A stretch of 64,000 nt of DNA from Octopus vulgaris (lineage: Eukaryota), in contig OX597814.1 of assembly GCA_951406725.2 (NCBI GenBank), positions 110,298,001-110,362,000 of the forward strand, in the 5' to 3' direction. Every line of letters begins with the position of its first letter. Positions within the stretch are counted from its first letter, which is position 1. Positions 23,981 through 35,564 of this stretch are shown here, piece by piece. The notes beneath the pieces were generated by a model. That model was not told where the DNA came from. It ran no database searches and saw nothing but the letters and a program-made list of their open reading frames with translations. The translations under genes were made by a program, and so were the position numbers.

Positions 23981-25069
23981 CTAAGTCTGTGTGTTCTTGT
24001 TTTTGTGTGTCTGTGTGTTCGTTTGCAACTCTACTTGTTTAGTCTGTGTGTCTATGTCTTTAGGTTTCCATAATTCTGGATTGTCTTGTTTCTGGTCTGA
24101 ATGACTCTGTACTTCAAATTCCTTTGCTGGTACTTCCACTGGTAAATTTTCTCCATTTCTCGTCGTGGGTTGGGTTTCTTCTTCCATTCCTTTATACTTC
24201 TTCAATTCCACTATCGTTGGTGACTTTCTTCTCTCTCTTTTCCTGAGTTTTACCTCCACAAAATCCCCATCCTGTTCTGTTTTCTGTTTCTGCTTTTTTT
24301 CCACCACTATATCTTCCTCAACACTCTCTTCCACCATTTCCACTGCTGCTCTAGGGCATTTCCTTCTCAGGTACCCTCTTTCACCGCATCCGTAACATTT
24401 TGGGAGTCTCCCCTCCAACATTATTTCCAGTTTTTCACCATTTGATAATTCCAAAGTTTCCGCCATTTCATCATAATATTTTGGACTTACTGCACAGATT
24501 ATTTCAATGCCATAACCCCATCATTGTAATTGTTGTGTTCTGCTTACTATGCCAATCTTCAGGTTTTCTCTATTCTTCTTCAGCTCAGAATTAAAAGTTG
24601 CAGCTATTACCCATTCTGGGTCTATCGACGATGGGATTCTTCCCACCCTGATGATTCTTTTGCCCCAACTGTTCGGCATCAACATCCATTTTCCTCCCAT
24701 TAACATCGTGTTGCCAGATTTTTTCGCCTCCTCTTCGGAAAGAAAGATTACTACTATAGTTCCATATCTTCTTCCTCTTGTAAAAAACATCTTTTCTCCC
24801 ATGTTCACCATCAACATTTCCTCTATCTCTTCCTGCGGCATGTGTTCTATTCTCTTGTTTTCATTCGAAAATGTTCTGAATATTACTGTCTTGCTTTTCA
24901 TTTTTCTTTTTTCCTCCTCTGGCAGGGTCATTTTTATGTTTGACCCTTCTTTCTTTACATTCTCACAATATTTAGTTATCTTCTCTTCATTCCACTCTAT
25001 CATCTCTGGCTTCAGCTCACATGGGTCTATGGCATCTCGACCTCCAGTAACTTCTGTGTAACTTTTCAT
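23981..25069 (-). pseudogene. LINE ORF1 (L1/Tx1-like nucleic-acid-binding protein: RRM-like region + zinc knuckle), frameshifted
   Basis: ORF 24521-25189 (likely start MKSYTEV at 25069; ...RYGTIVVIFLSEEEAKK...RIIRVGRIPSSIDPEWV) continues in ORF 23981-24466 with EGRLPKCYGCGERGYLRRKCP (CX2CX4HX4C with H>Y) and a charged tail. No ORF2 follows. Confidence 0.8.
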
Positions 25070-25226
25070 TTTTTCAATTGTTTCACTACCACCCAATGAT
25101 GGTGGCTTTGCACAAAAATTCTGCTTAGTATTCTTCAAAAAACAACAAAATTGTTCAGCTAGAGGTGGCGCTGCCAAATTCCCGTTCAAAATATATAGTT
25201 TTCAAAGTGACAACTACTCACTGATC

Positions 25227-25506
25227 TATAAATTAGAAAATTACTATTTTTAAATCTCACAACAAGAGATATTCAGCAACAGTTCTTTGGAGTAAAGATT
25301 GTTTGCCAACATAACATGGCAGTCCTGGTTTAGGACACAGATCGTGTCTTATAGCCAACTGGAGACAATGTCTCCTGGGGCTAAATTACAGCAACATTCA
25401 TCCTAAACCAGGACTGCCATGTTATGTTGGCAAACAATCTTTACTACAAAGTACTGTTGCTGAATATCTCTTGTGAGATTTAAAAATAGTAATTTTCTAA
25501 TTTATA
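25227..25506. repeat. Fold-back inverted repeat (~106-bp arms, 65-bp spacer), PLE-like
   Basis: 25227-25335 is the reverse complement of 25401-25506 with about 2 substitutions and one 3-nt indel. Confidence 0.92.
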
Positions 25507-25511
25507 TTTTA

Positions 25512-25835
25512 TACATTATTTACATTTGACAGATATCTGTCCTCATCTTGTTTGTTGTTAACACACCGTTTCAGCTGATATACCTTCCAGCCTTCATCAG
25601 GTGTCTTGGGGAAATTTCGAACCTGGGTTTTCATTCCTAAGGTATTTTTCGATGTTGTTATTATCATTTAGATCACTGCCTGGAATCAAATTTGGAATCT
25701 TGGGGTTAGTACCCCATGCTCTTAACCACTACACCATATGCCTGTGGGCAATTATGGAGTGAATTTTACAAGAGGAGGACAAATATCCGTCAAATGTAAA
25801 TAATGTACATAATTCCTCATCTCTCAAATATAGAA
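25512..25835 (-). mobile_element. Hammerhead-bearing tRNA-headed element, copy B (full head), plus an inverted tail copy at 25775-25835
   Basis: Minus: GGCATATGGTGTAGTGGTTAAGAGC (A box)...ATTTGATTCC (decayed B box)...GACAC-CTGATGA-A-GGCTGG-AAGGTATA-TCAGCT-GAAAC-GGT-GTGTT. 25512-25544 is inverted at 25775-25807. Confidence 0.85.
25560..25605 (-). ncRNA. Minimal type I hammerhead ribozyme motif (one core substitution)
   Basis: Stem I GACAC/GTGTT, CUGAUGA, stem II GGCTGG/TCAGCT, GAAAC, then GGU instead of the inferred GUU. Confidence 0.6.
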
Positions 25836-27039
25836 TTGAATTTATATTTTGGTTTCAAATTTTGGTTCAAAGCCAACAATTGAAAGAGTGGTGGAAATAG
25901 TTGATTCTGTTGACCCCCCAGTGTTCAACTGGTACTTATTTTATTGACCCCCAAAAGGATGAAAGGCAAAGTCAACCTCAGTGGAATTAAAATGCATGCT
26001 AACGATTCTGTGTGATTTTGTTAATATTAGCAACCAGCTGCCTATTGTTGGGTCTTCAATCATTTGACATTTGCTACAAATGATTATTTTGATTCGGGCA
26101 CAAGGCCAACAGATTTGGCAGAAAAAGTGGTTACTTAAAGTCATTGACCCCAGCATTTGACTGGTATATTCTTTCTTCTATTAAACCTGAAAAAAATGAA
26201 AGACAAAGGTGACATCAGTGAGTTCTGAACTCAGAACAAATACCACAAGGCATTTTGTCTGATGCTCAACTGATTCTGCCAATGCATGATCCTGATAATA
26301 ATGTCAACAAACATTCTGTTCATGCTTTTTTGTTTGTTTCCAATGATGTTGTGTAGATGGCTGCTCTAAAATTCACCATGTGAGGGCTGGGGTATCAGTT
26401 TAATCTCCTTGATGGGAAGCAAGGGGTGGGGTAGGACGAAGGTGTAAGGAATATTGTCTTCATAACAAAATATTTCTCATGGTTATTCATTAAACACACG
26501 CACTCTCTTTCTCCTATTAAAGCTATCATTCATTTTGATTAATTATCAAGTTAACAACCTGCGGAATACCAGCCACTATACCTGCTGTGTTAGGCACATA
26601 CCATTGTCTTGAATCACTGAGGCTTGAGTAGAAATTCCATTCACATTTCTTTCTTTTTCTCCTTTTTTTTTAAATATTTGGTATCAGTTATACACCATTT
26701 TCATAATACACCTGTCATTTTTTGCTTTTTTTCATAACTGGAAACAATGTGTAACTCCAAAGACATAGTCGTTTGTTTTCTGCACCTTGCTATTAGAGAT
26801 GGTAGGGCAAACTGTTGCAAAACGAAAACAATTTCTTAACATTTACAAAATGTACATCGACATCAACACTGCAACACTAAAAGTTGCATATGCATTATTC
26901 CATTCTATTTCGGTTGTTGTCACATTCTTTTCTGAATATCATATTTATGCTGATGATAAGCCTTTTTATAAACAGACATGCAACACCATTGAGCTTTAAA
27001 AAATATGAGATAAAAATGATTTGTTTATGACTCTCTTGC

Positions 27040-27575
27040 CATCATCATCGCATCCATTTTTTTCTCTATGTTCACCCTTGCATTGAAAGGTTCTTCTTAA
27101 ACACAACTTCTTTCCATTTGTTGGGGGATCCATTGTCATCTCCTAAATGTTTAGCCTCCTGAGATCAACTTTCACCACTTGACCTTCATGTCTTCAGTTT
27201 TCTTCTTCCAGTGGATTCTCCCATGTGGATTACACCACTGAACTTCTTTACTCAGTTGCCATTCCATAAAAACATCACATCTCTGCATCCGTGCAATCTT
27301 CTCTCTTGCACACTACATCTCATACCCCTCTTACAACCAGTTTTTTTTTTTCTTTTCAGTTCTTTTATATTTCATTCTTCAGACATACTAACTTACGCAC
27401 CCAGCAAAACATAGCTTATTTCTTTTTAGCCTTCACACACATTCTGCATTTAATGTCCAGTTTTAGTGACTATGCAGCATTGCACTTCGTACACAAGCAT
27501 CATACAATCTGCTCTTCACTCTAAAGAAAGAACCACTGTGTTACTAACAGCGGTAACAGTATCCTGAGCTTTTTA
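27040..27575 (-). mobile_element. RTE LINE ORF2 C-terminal relic
   Basis: Minus translation LLPLLVT...VKSRLYDACVRSAMLHS..W...GMRCSVQERRL; (CAT)n on + at 27040. Confidence 0.75.
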
Positions 27576-28009
27576 CATTGAGTTGAATTGGGAAGTGGAT
27601 GTTCTTTGTTACTTTAAATCTGTGTGTGTGTATGGTGAATTTTCAAGACTTGGTTAGAGAGAGACGAAAGAAACAAAAAAAAGGAGGGATCTTTTTCTCT
27701 GATAGTTTAAATTGCATTGTATTTTTGATTAGTTGTCATGTGACCCAACTGTAGAAAGGAGTCTTTTTCTGGGATAGTTGAAATTAATGAGAGTCAGTTT
27801 TCTTGGATCTTATCAAAAATTCCACTACATGCCAGCATGGGGAGTGTAAAAATTTTATATTTGTGTATGTGTATGTATGTCTACCTACCTATCTGTATAT
27901 CTTTGAACATGTGTCTTTGTGTATTTGATGGATGTGTAGTCCCACATATGCCAGCGTGGAAGGCTGACGTTAAACAATGATGATGATGTGCAGTATTGGT
28001 GTTCATGTA

Positions 28010-29345
28010 TGGACAAAGTGCAAATGTATTGAGAGAAAAGTTAGAAATAAGAGGAATCAGATGTAATATGCAAGAAATAAGAGTGCACTGGCTTGGTCAT
28101 CTGATGCATATCAATGAGAACAATTGCAAAAAGAAGTGCCAAAAGAGGGTTTGAACTTATGGAAAAGAGAGACTCAGGAACACATGAGATGAAGTACTAA
28201 AGGCTGATCTTAAGGTGCTGAGTCTTACAGAGATGACAAAGGACCGAGATGTTCAGTATATTGCTGTACTTGAGAAGACTCACTCATTACAGCAAAAATT
28301 ATATCTTAAAGCCACTCAGTTATGCTTGTAAGTGTGAAGTCCTGACACCCTCCTCTCTCTGAATCATCAAGCATCTTCCTCATCATTTTCATTCCCCCCA
28401 CCCCACCCCATCTTTGGTACCATTCAGCTATTGTGCTCACCTGAGAGCAGAATTGGTACATATTACTCCTTCCCTCGTAGTCTCCACCACCACCACCATC
28501 ACCCCTGGAACTACTTCCTTTCCTTATCATCCCTGCCCTCACTATTTCAACCAATCACCTCCTTTCTGTGCCTTCAGCCACTCCTCTTTCTCCCATCTGC
28601 TATACTCCACTCTAAACACCCTCTTTTATCTGTTATTATTCCCAAACCCTCCTATATCTATCATCATAACCTCCCTCCCTACAATAGTCCCTTATGTATC
28701 CCTATATCTACCTCTCATACACCTTGCACATACTTTCTGTTCTTTTCTCCTTAAGCCACTTCTATATCTCCCACCTTACCCCTCTCCCTACTGGTACTTC
28801 CCATCGGCTGCAGCCAGTACCTTTGTTCCTCACTCACTACATTAACCTCTACCTCCACCCATTTACTTCTCCCACCTTATGAAAGCATCCATTTCTCATC
28901 CCCTTTCATGATCCAAAGTGCATGTCCTCTCCTATGCTCATCTTGTTCCTTAGAGTTTGCTCTAGCATCTCAGCACTAACTTCCTCCGATCTCCTTCAGT
29001 CATATATCTCCTCTATAATAAGACACCTGTGTTTGCCCCTCTATTGCACTTTAGCCTCTCAACACCTGGCATGTACAGTCACCCACCTTCCCCTTCTCCT
29101 CCCAAATACTCCCTCTGTCTTTCTTGTCTTGCAAGTTACATGGCAACTTCTCAAGTGTTGGTGGCACAAAAAACACACCCAGTACACTCTGTAAAGTGGC
29201 TGGCGCTAGGAAGGGCATCCATCCATAGAAACTATGTCAAAGATGATAATGGAGCCTGATGCGGCCCTGGAGCTCACCAGTTCCCTGTCAAACCATCCTG
29301 CCCATGCCAGCATAGAAAGCGGACATTAAATGATAATGATGATGA
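28010..29345 (+). mobile_element. RTE LINE 3' portion: ORF2 C-terminus, pyrimidine-rich 3'UTR, (GAT)n tail
   Basis: SANVLREKLEIRGIRCNMQEIRVHWLGHLMHINE...EVLKADLKVLSLTEMTKDRD..IAVLEKT (RLRWFGHV-type motif) at 28010-28285, a C/T-rich spacer, then the family C tail at 29120-29345. Continuity across the spacer is inferred. Confidence 0.75.
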
Positions 29346-30669
29346 TAGAGAGAGAGAGACACACACACACACACACTATGTATATATATATTTTGGATAT
29401 TGACTTATATAAACTGTTTCTCTTAACATGGTTTAAAGTGGTTTCGTAACTTGAAGATAAACACATTTTTGGAGTGAGGGGAGAGAATTCCTAAATATTT
29501 ATCACTATTAACATCTTAATTTCTTATGCCTGATTTTATTTACATACTTCTACAACCAAATATATTTTCTCAATATGTGTCATGTTATCACCCTAGCCAT
29601 TATACATCAAGACTTAATTCTATTCAATCCATCTTGTTCAAATCCCCTTTCCTCATAGTTCCAACAGCTCTTTTATTTCAATCTGGAAGATAAGATTTCC
29701 CTCTCTCCTGCACAGTCTCTCTTAAGACCTCATCAATACTAAACCAAAGGCATTCCTTACCATTTTCCTTTTGCTATTAATACAGAATGGGAAAGCACAT
29801 GGCCTAGTGATTAGGGTGTTGCACTCACAATCTAATGATTATGGGTTCGATTCCCAGTTGGCTCCAGTTTACTCACCTATAAACAGGTAACTCTATGACA
29901 GTTTAGTCTTCCAATCAAGGAAATGTTGGCCTACTCACCTAAAGTGGCATCATTCGAAAGCTAAAATGATGCAAAGCGCATTGTGACCAGTGATGTATAA
30001 CAACATCCAATAGTCTGGTCGATCACATGACTTGTACAATATACAATGGAACATTCTTAGCATGTCTTACATAATGTTTTTTCTGATTTCTTTTTTCCCT
30101 TCTTGAAGATATTACCATCAATTCTTGACACAGCTTGTCTTGTTTCTTAGAGCAGGTATCAATAAATGAAGATAGTGTGCATTTTGTTTTTATTTTCCAA
30201 TTGAACGAATTTGTTCTCTTTGTGCTGGAGTGGAAGGTGAGTGAGTGCAGCGAGTGAGACGGCATGAGGAAGAGGGTGAGTGATGAGCGTTGTCGAATAT
30301 TAAAACTGATGTGTAACAAAAATAGCGATTTCTCTATTTCTCCAACATCTCAAAGTAAAACTGCGGTTAGCTACTCTACTAAATGACTACTGCGTTTTTA
30401 TTGATTTTCATAAAAGCCTCTACTATTCACAGTTGCGTATTTCTTTTCTAACAATACTTTGCAAGAAGCTATTGTGTAACACTTTCAGAGTTACCAATTC
30501 AAAAGACATTTGTTCTTTATTTCTGCAAATATATATCTCTGGTGCTGCCAGAGATGGGTACTTTCACATAGCTCTATTATATATACATATATATACACTT
30601 ATTTAGACAACATATAAACCTCTCAGCTCTTGAGTCATTTCTGTAACGTTAGCAGTTGATTTGATAGAT

Positions 30670-30782
30670 ATATGTGTGTGTATGTTTATGTATGTGTCTG
30701 TGTATTTATGTATATATATATATATGTGTGTGTGTGTGTATGTATGTATGTATATATATATATATATATATGTGTGTGTATG

Positions 30783-30835
<53 letters not shown>
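30670..30835. repeat. (TA)/(TG) compound microsatellite
   Basis: Direct reading. Confidence 0.95.
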
Positions 30836-30837
<2 letters not shown>

Positions 30838-32556
30838 TTACGTATGTATATCTGCATATCATCATCATCATTTAACGTCTGCTTTCCATGCTGGCATGGG
30901 TTGGACAGTTTGACTGAGGACTGGCAAGCCCAGAGGCTGCACCAGGCTCCAGTCTGTTCAGGCAAAGTTTCTACAACTGGATGTCCTTCCTAACACCAAC
31001 CACTCCAAGAGTATAGTGGGTGCTTTTTACATGTCACCGACACAGGTGCCAGTCAGGTGGCACTGGCATCAACCACACTCAAATGGTGCTTTTTAAGCTT
31101 ATGTGTAAACTTCTACTTCACTTGTTCATTCCACCAAATATGCATGCATATATATTTGTTTGTATGCTTGTAAGTACATGTGTAGACATTTTAAGTCAGA
31201 ATTGTTGGAGGGTCAGGGACAAGGTGCCTTGTGGTATCTAATCCCACTGTTTGTATTCTGATAACACCTACAATGATACTGATTCCGATCTGTATTACCC
31301 TAAGCCTTTCCTTTGAATAACCATCAGTGGCATAGAGTGGAGGGGGAGACATCCATGTAGGAACAACTGCCAGTCTTACTCAAAAAGTTTTGTCCCAAAC
31401 CTGTACACCCATGCTGATGAGTGGTCAAGCTTGACTGGCAAAACCCCCACTCACCTTTATCAAAACATGTCCATCCACAGTTACCTCTCGTACTTTCCTA
31501 ATTAATTAAAACAATTATTACTTAGTTACTACTATTGTTTACTTGTTTTATATTCTCACCACTTATTGGATTAATTTCTTTTATGCTCATTCTGTTCTAT
31601 GTTTTAAGGTGGTGAGGTGGCAGAATCGTTAGCACACCGGACAAACTGTTTAACAGCATTTTGAGTTCAAATGCTGCTGAGGTTGACTTTGACTTGCATC
31701 CTTTTGGGGTGGATGAAATAAGTGCTAGTGGAGCACTTGGGTCAATGTAATCGACTTACTCCACTTCTCCCAAAATTTCAGTCCTTGTGCCTCTAGTAGA
31801 AAGGTTTATAAGTGTTAAGACTGACTTTAACTGTTGATGTTCATGCAGATGGGGTCTCTAAGTATTTTATTCTCTAATTGTTTGATTTGTTATTTCAATT
31901 TTAATTTTCTATATTTATTCTATAAACCGAATGTCAATGGATATAACTTCAACATCTTCCGTTCTTAAGGTGTGGCATAAAACAGATAGGAAATGGGAAA
32001 ACTCACAAGTAGTTATGTCTTCACTTATTAACAGATTGTTTCATTTCCGAATGTTCGGCGTTTGTTTGCTTTCGACCTACAATTTTTATACTTTTTTCTT
32101 TTCTTTTTTTTTTCTTTTATCAAATGGTTTTTGGTTTACAGAATAATGTTGAACATTCTTGAGTGGCATTGCTTGCCATTTGTAGTTTATCTGTTTCATA
32201 TTTACAAACTCTGTTGCATCCAGACTCTGAGTTGTGGCTGTGTAAGACGTTTGCTTCCCAACCACATGCTTTCCGGTTCAATTCAACTGAGAGGCACTTT
32301 GGACAAGTGGCTCTTCTACTATAGCCTTGGGCCAACCAAAGCCTTGTAAGTGGCAGAGATGAAGCGGTCAGGATTATGTTTTCTTCCTGTAGAAGATACA
32401 TGGCTGCCTGCATTATACAAGAGTGGATGGACATAATCAGTATGGAGCTGAAACAAGGAATGATGATGGTAGTGATAAGGTGTCAGGGTGGGCATTGGGA
32501 ACAGAAGAACAGGAAGACTGGGTATAGGTGCAGGCTTGGCTGTGTGTTAAGAATCT

Positions 32557-32786
32557 TGCGAGCTAGCAGAAACGTTAGCACGCCAGGCAAAATGCTTAGC
32601 GATATTTTGTCTGCCGTTATATTCTGAATTTAAATTCCGCCGAGGTCGACTTTGCCTTTCGTCCTTTCAGGGTCGATAAATTAAGTACCAGTTACGCACT
32701 GGGGTCGATGTAATCAACTTAATCCCTTTGTCTGTCCTTGTTTGTCTCCTCTATGTTTAGCCCCTTGTGGCCAATAAAGAAATAAG
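32557..32786 (+). mobile_element. Young SINE A nested in the head of a SINE B (32525-32925)
   Basis: CpG-intact family A sequence splits GGCTGTGTGTTAAGAA from GCTTGCTTCCCAACCACATGG. Confidence 0.88.
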
Positions 32787-32921
32787 AAGCTTGCTTCCCA
32801 ACCACATGGTTTAGGACTCAGTCCAACTACATGGTGCCTTTGGCAAATGTCTTCTATTATAGCTTCGGGCTGACCAAAGCTTTGTAAAAGAATTTGGTAG
32901 TTGGAAACTGAAAGAACCCCG

Positions 32922-32968
<47 letters not shown>

Positions 32969-33584
32969 AAGTTGAATCTCTTGGGTCTTGAGTCACTCTG
33001 TTGGTTCTGCTAAATATTAATAAAAATATTTAAATTTTCTGTCTTTTCCTATTTGCACCACCATACCTGCATATATCATCATATGTCTGCTTTCAATGTT
33101 GGCATGGGTTAGACAGTTTAACTAGAACTGATAAGCCAGAGACTTGCACCAGGTTCCAATCTGATTTGGCATGGTTTCTACAGCTGGATGCCTTTCCTAA
33201 CACCAACCACTCTAAGAGTGTAATGGATGCTTTTTACATGCCAGTGGCATAGGTGCCATTTACATGACACTGGCAACAGCCACAACTACGATTTCATGGG
33301 TGCCATTTACGTGACACTGGCAATGGGCATGACTACGATTTCACTTGGCTTGATGGGTCTTCTCAAGCACAGCATATTGCCAAAGGTCTCAGTCATTTGT
33401 CATCACCTCCATGCTTTGTGTCTGTAGTGTCCCTGTATCTGTGAGTTTGTGTGTAATAATGTGTGTAGCTGGGATAATGTAAAGACAGATATTTTATATA
33501 CATTTCAAAGGGACTTGTGGGTAAGGCTGAAAATATATAAATTTATAAAGGCAGAAGATGGAGTGAACAGCCTTTAATCACAAA

Positions 33585-33708
33585 TCACAATTGTTTCTGT
33601 GCATTGATAACAGCTGTTACTAGCTGAGTTTTCCATATCGTACTATTATATAAATATTATGAATAAATAGATCCAGCTGTAGCTGAATATCTGCACATCA
33701 TCAGGTGA
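33585..33708 (-). ncRNA. Hammerhead-like motif with long stem II insertion (probable PLE relic)
   Basis: Minus: TCAC-CTGATGA-TGTGCA-(88 nt)-TGCACA-GAAAC-AATT-GTGA. Stem I TCAC/GTGA and stem II TGTGCA/TGCACA pair perfectly. Confidence 0.55.
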
Positions 33709-35564
33709 GTGGCTTTCAGAACACTACTGATAACTGAATGAGTTTTGAAATGCACATTATGAGGTTATTACCCAGATGATATTAAATATATATGTATAGG
33801 GACAATTGTCAATAGACAGTTGGCTGGCAGATAACTTACAGACAAGACAATTGTGTGGTATTGTGCAGAGTCCTGTTGTCAGACATAGGGTGTTCCAGCA
33901 GCCACCTTCTTGACCCAGGGCAGCACAACCACTTCCAGTAGGCCTCCGTGTTGAGTCTGAGGCTGTGGGAATTGTCTGTTGGCAAATTGTCTACACACGA
34001 TATGTGTGTGTGTGTACTAAGAAAGAGAGAAATAAATGAGTAATAGACTTCTTGACTCAATCAAGTCCTAAAAGATCTTCAGATTTCTTTAATTACTTTC
34101 ATGAAATTTGTTCTTATATCAAAATAGTTGTGGTGCTTTTGTTATTCTACCTAAGACCATTAGTTATTGGCCAGAAAATGTGTCCAGAAATTTATTTATT
34201 TTTTGATATTTTTTTTTTATGTGAAAAGATTTGAAATTTAAAATTCCTTTTGTTGCTTGTGAAATTTTAAATAATAGTTTAAAAAATCAATATTTTTCTG
34301 CATTCACTCAAGAAACCTTGCAAAATAGCCAGTAAAGCAGATTTGCTTGTTGTTGTTGTATCCTTTTCTCTCTTTTAATCAATGATAGAATTAGAAATAC
34401 ATAAATTATAACGAAAAGGACTTAAAATGTAATGGTATTGATCAAGTATTTAAGAATTTAAAAACCAAAAACAAATCAATGATGATATATATGGTTTCTG
34501 TTGCCTCTGATTATCATCTGTACTGAAGACTAGTGATACATTTCCTGTGAAATATATAAATATATTTGTTTCCAAATTTATAATTAGACCATTGTTGTTA
34601 TCATTGTCTTAAAATTAAAATTATTCCATGATTATTGCAGTAAAATTCAATCTTTCGTATTTGAAATTACTTCTTTTTTTGTTTTTACAGCATTTTTTAA
34701 ATTTTTATTTTTATTTTTGGTTTCTTACTATAATTATCAGCCAAATTAAAAATTCTAGATTTGTTGTAATTTGATGGCTAAATAATGCTAAAATAATTAA
34801 TCTGACATTTTGCCCAGGAAAGTTTTTTTTACTATTTTGTGACCACATCTCTAGTAGCAATATACTTCTTCCATATTAACTCTCTCTCTCTCCCTCCTCC
34901 CTCCATTTTTAAAATATTCAAGTAATGCCAGAGATTTCGTTATTGAAGTAATTAACTTTGAACTTAATAATAACATATTAAAATCTAATATTGTCTTTCA
35001 TGTCATAATTGGACTGCAGTACATGATTGGAATTCATATGAACATTTTAATTGGATGTTAAAAGTGTTAAAGCCTCTGTAGCAGATTTTGCTGAGAATGA
35101 AACCTGAATATTTAAGTTCTAAAACCAAAATAGTTAGTGAAGAACATTTCTGTATTTGATAAAATACACTGAAGCTGGTTGTTTTTGTTATCTTTTTTTG
35201 CCTTTTTCTTGTTGCAGTTATTAGACTGCGACCATGCTGGGGCACTGCCTTGAAGAATTTTTAGTTGAATAAATTGACCCCAGTACTTTATTTTTTTGTC
35301 AAGTGGTGGTGGGAGACAAACACTGACACAACAAAGGCATAAACACACATGATGGGCTTCTTTCAGTTTCCATCTACCAGATCCACTCACAAGGCTTTGG
35401 TCAGCCAGGGGCTATAGTAGAAGACACTTGCCCAAGGTTCCACACAGTGGGACTGAACCTAGAACCATGTGGCTGGGAAGCAAACTTCTTACCACACAGC
35501 CATGCTTATTGATAAATTTAGTAAAAAAATATCATATATTTATTGCAAATTTACAAGTGAGAAA

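Noticed and set aside
24549-25061. 170-aa hydrophobic + strand ORF
   Set aside because: It is the antisense shadow of the purine-rich ORF1 on the minus strand.
25670-25742. Functional tRNA gene
   Set aside because: The B box is decayed, the cloverleaf is incomplete, and the segment is fused to repeat body sequence, so it is a SINE head. The same holds for other A/B-box segments in the window.
34519-34562. CTGAAGA...GAAA hammerhead-like motif
   Set aside because: Stems I and II pair too poorly to distinguish it from chance.
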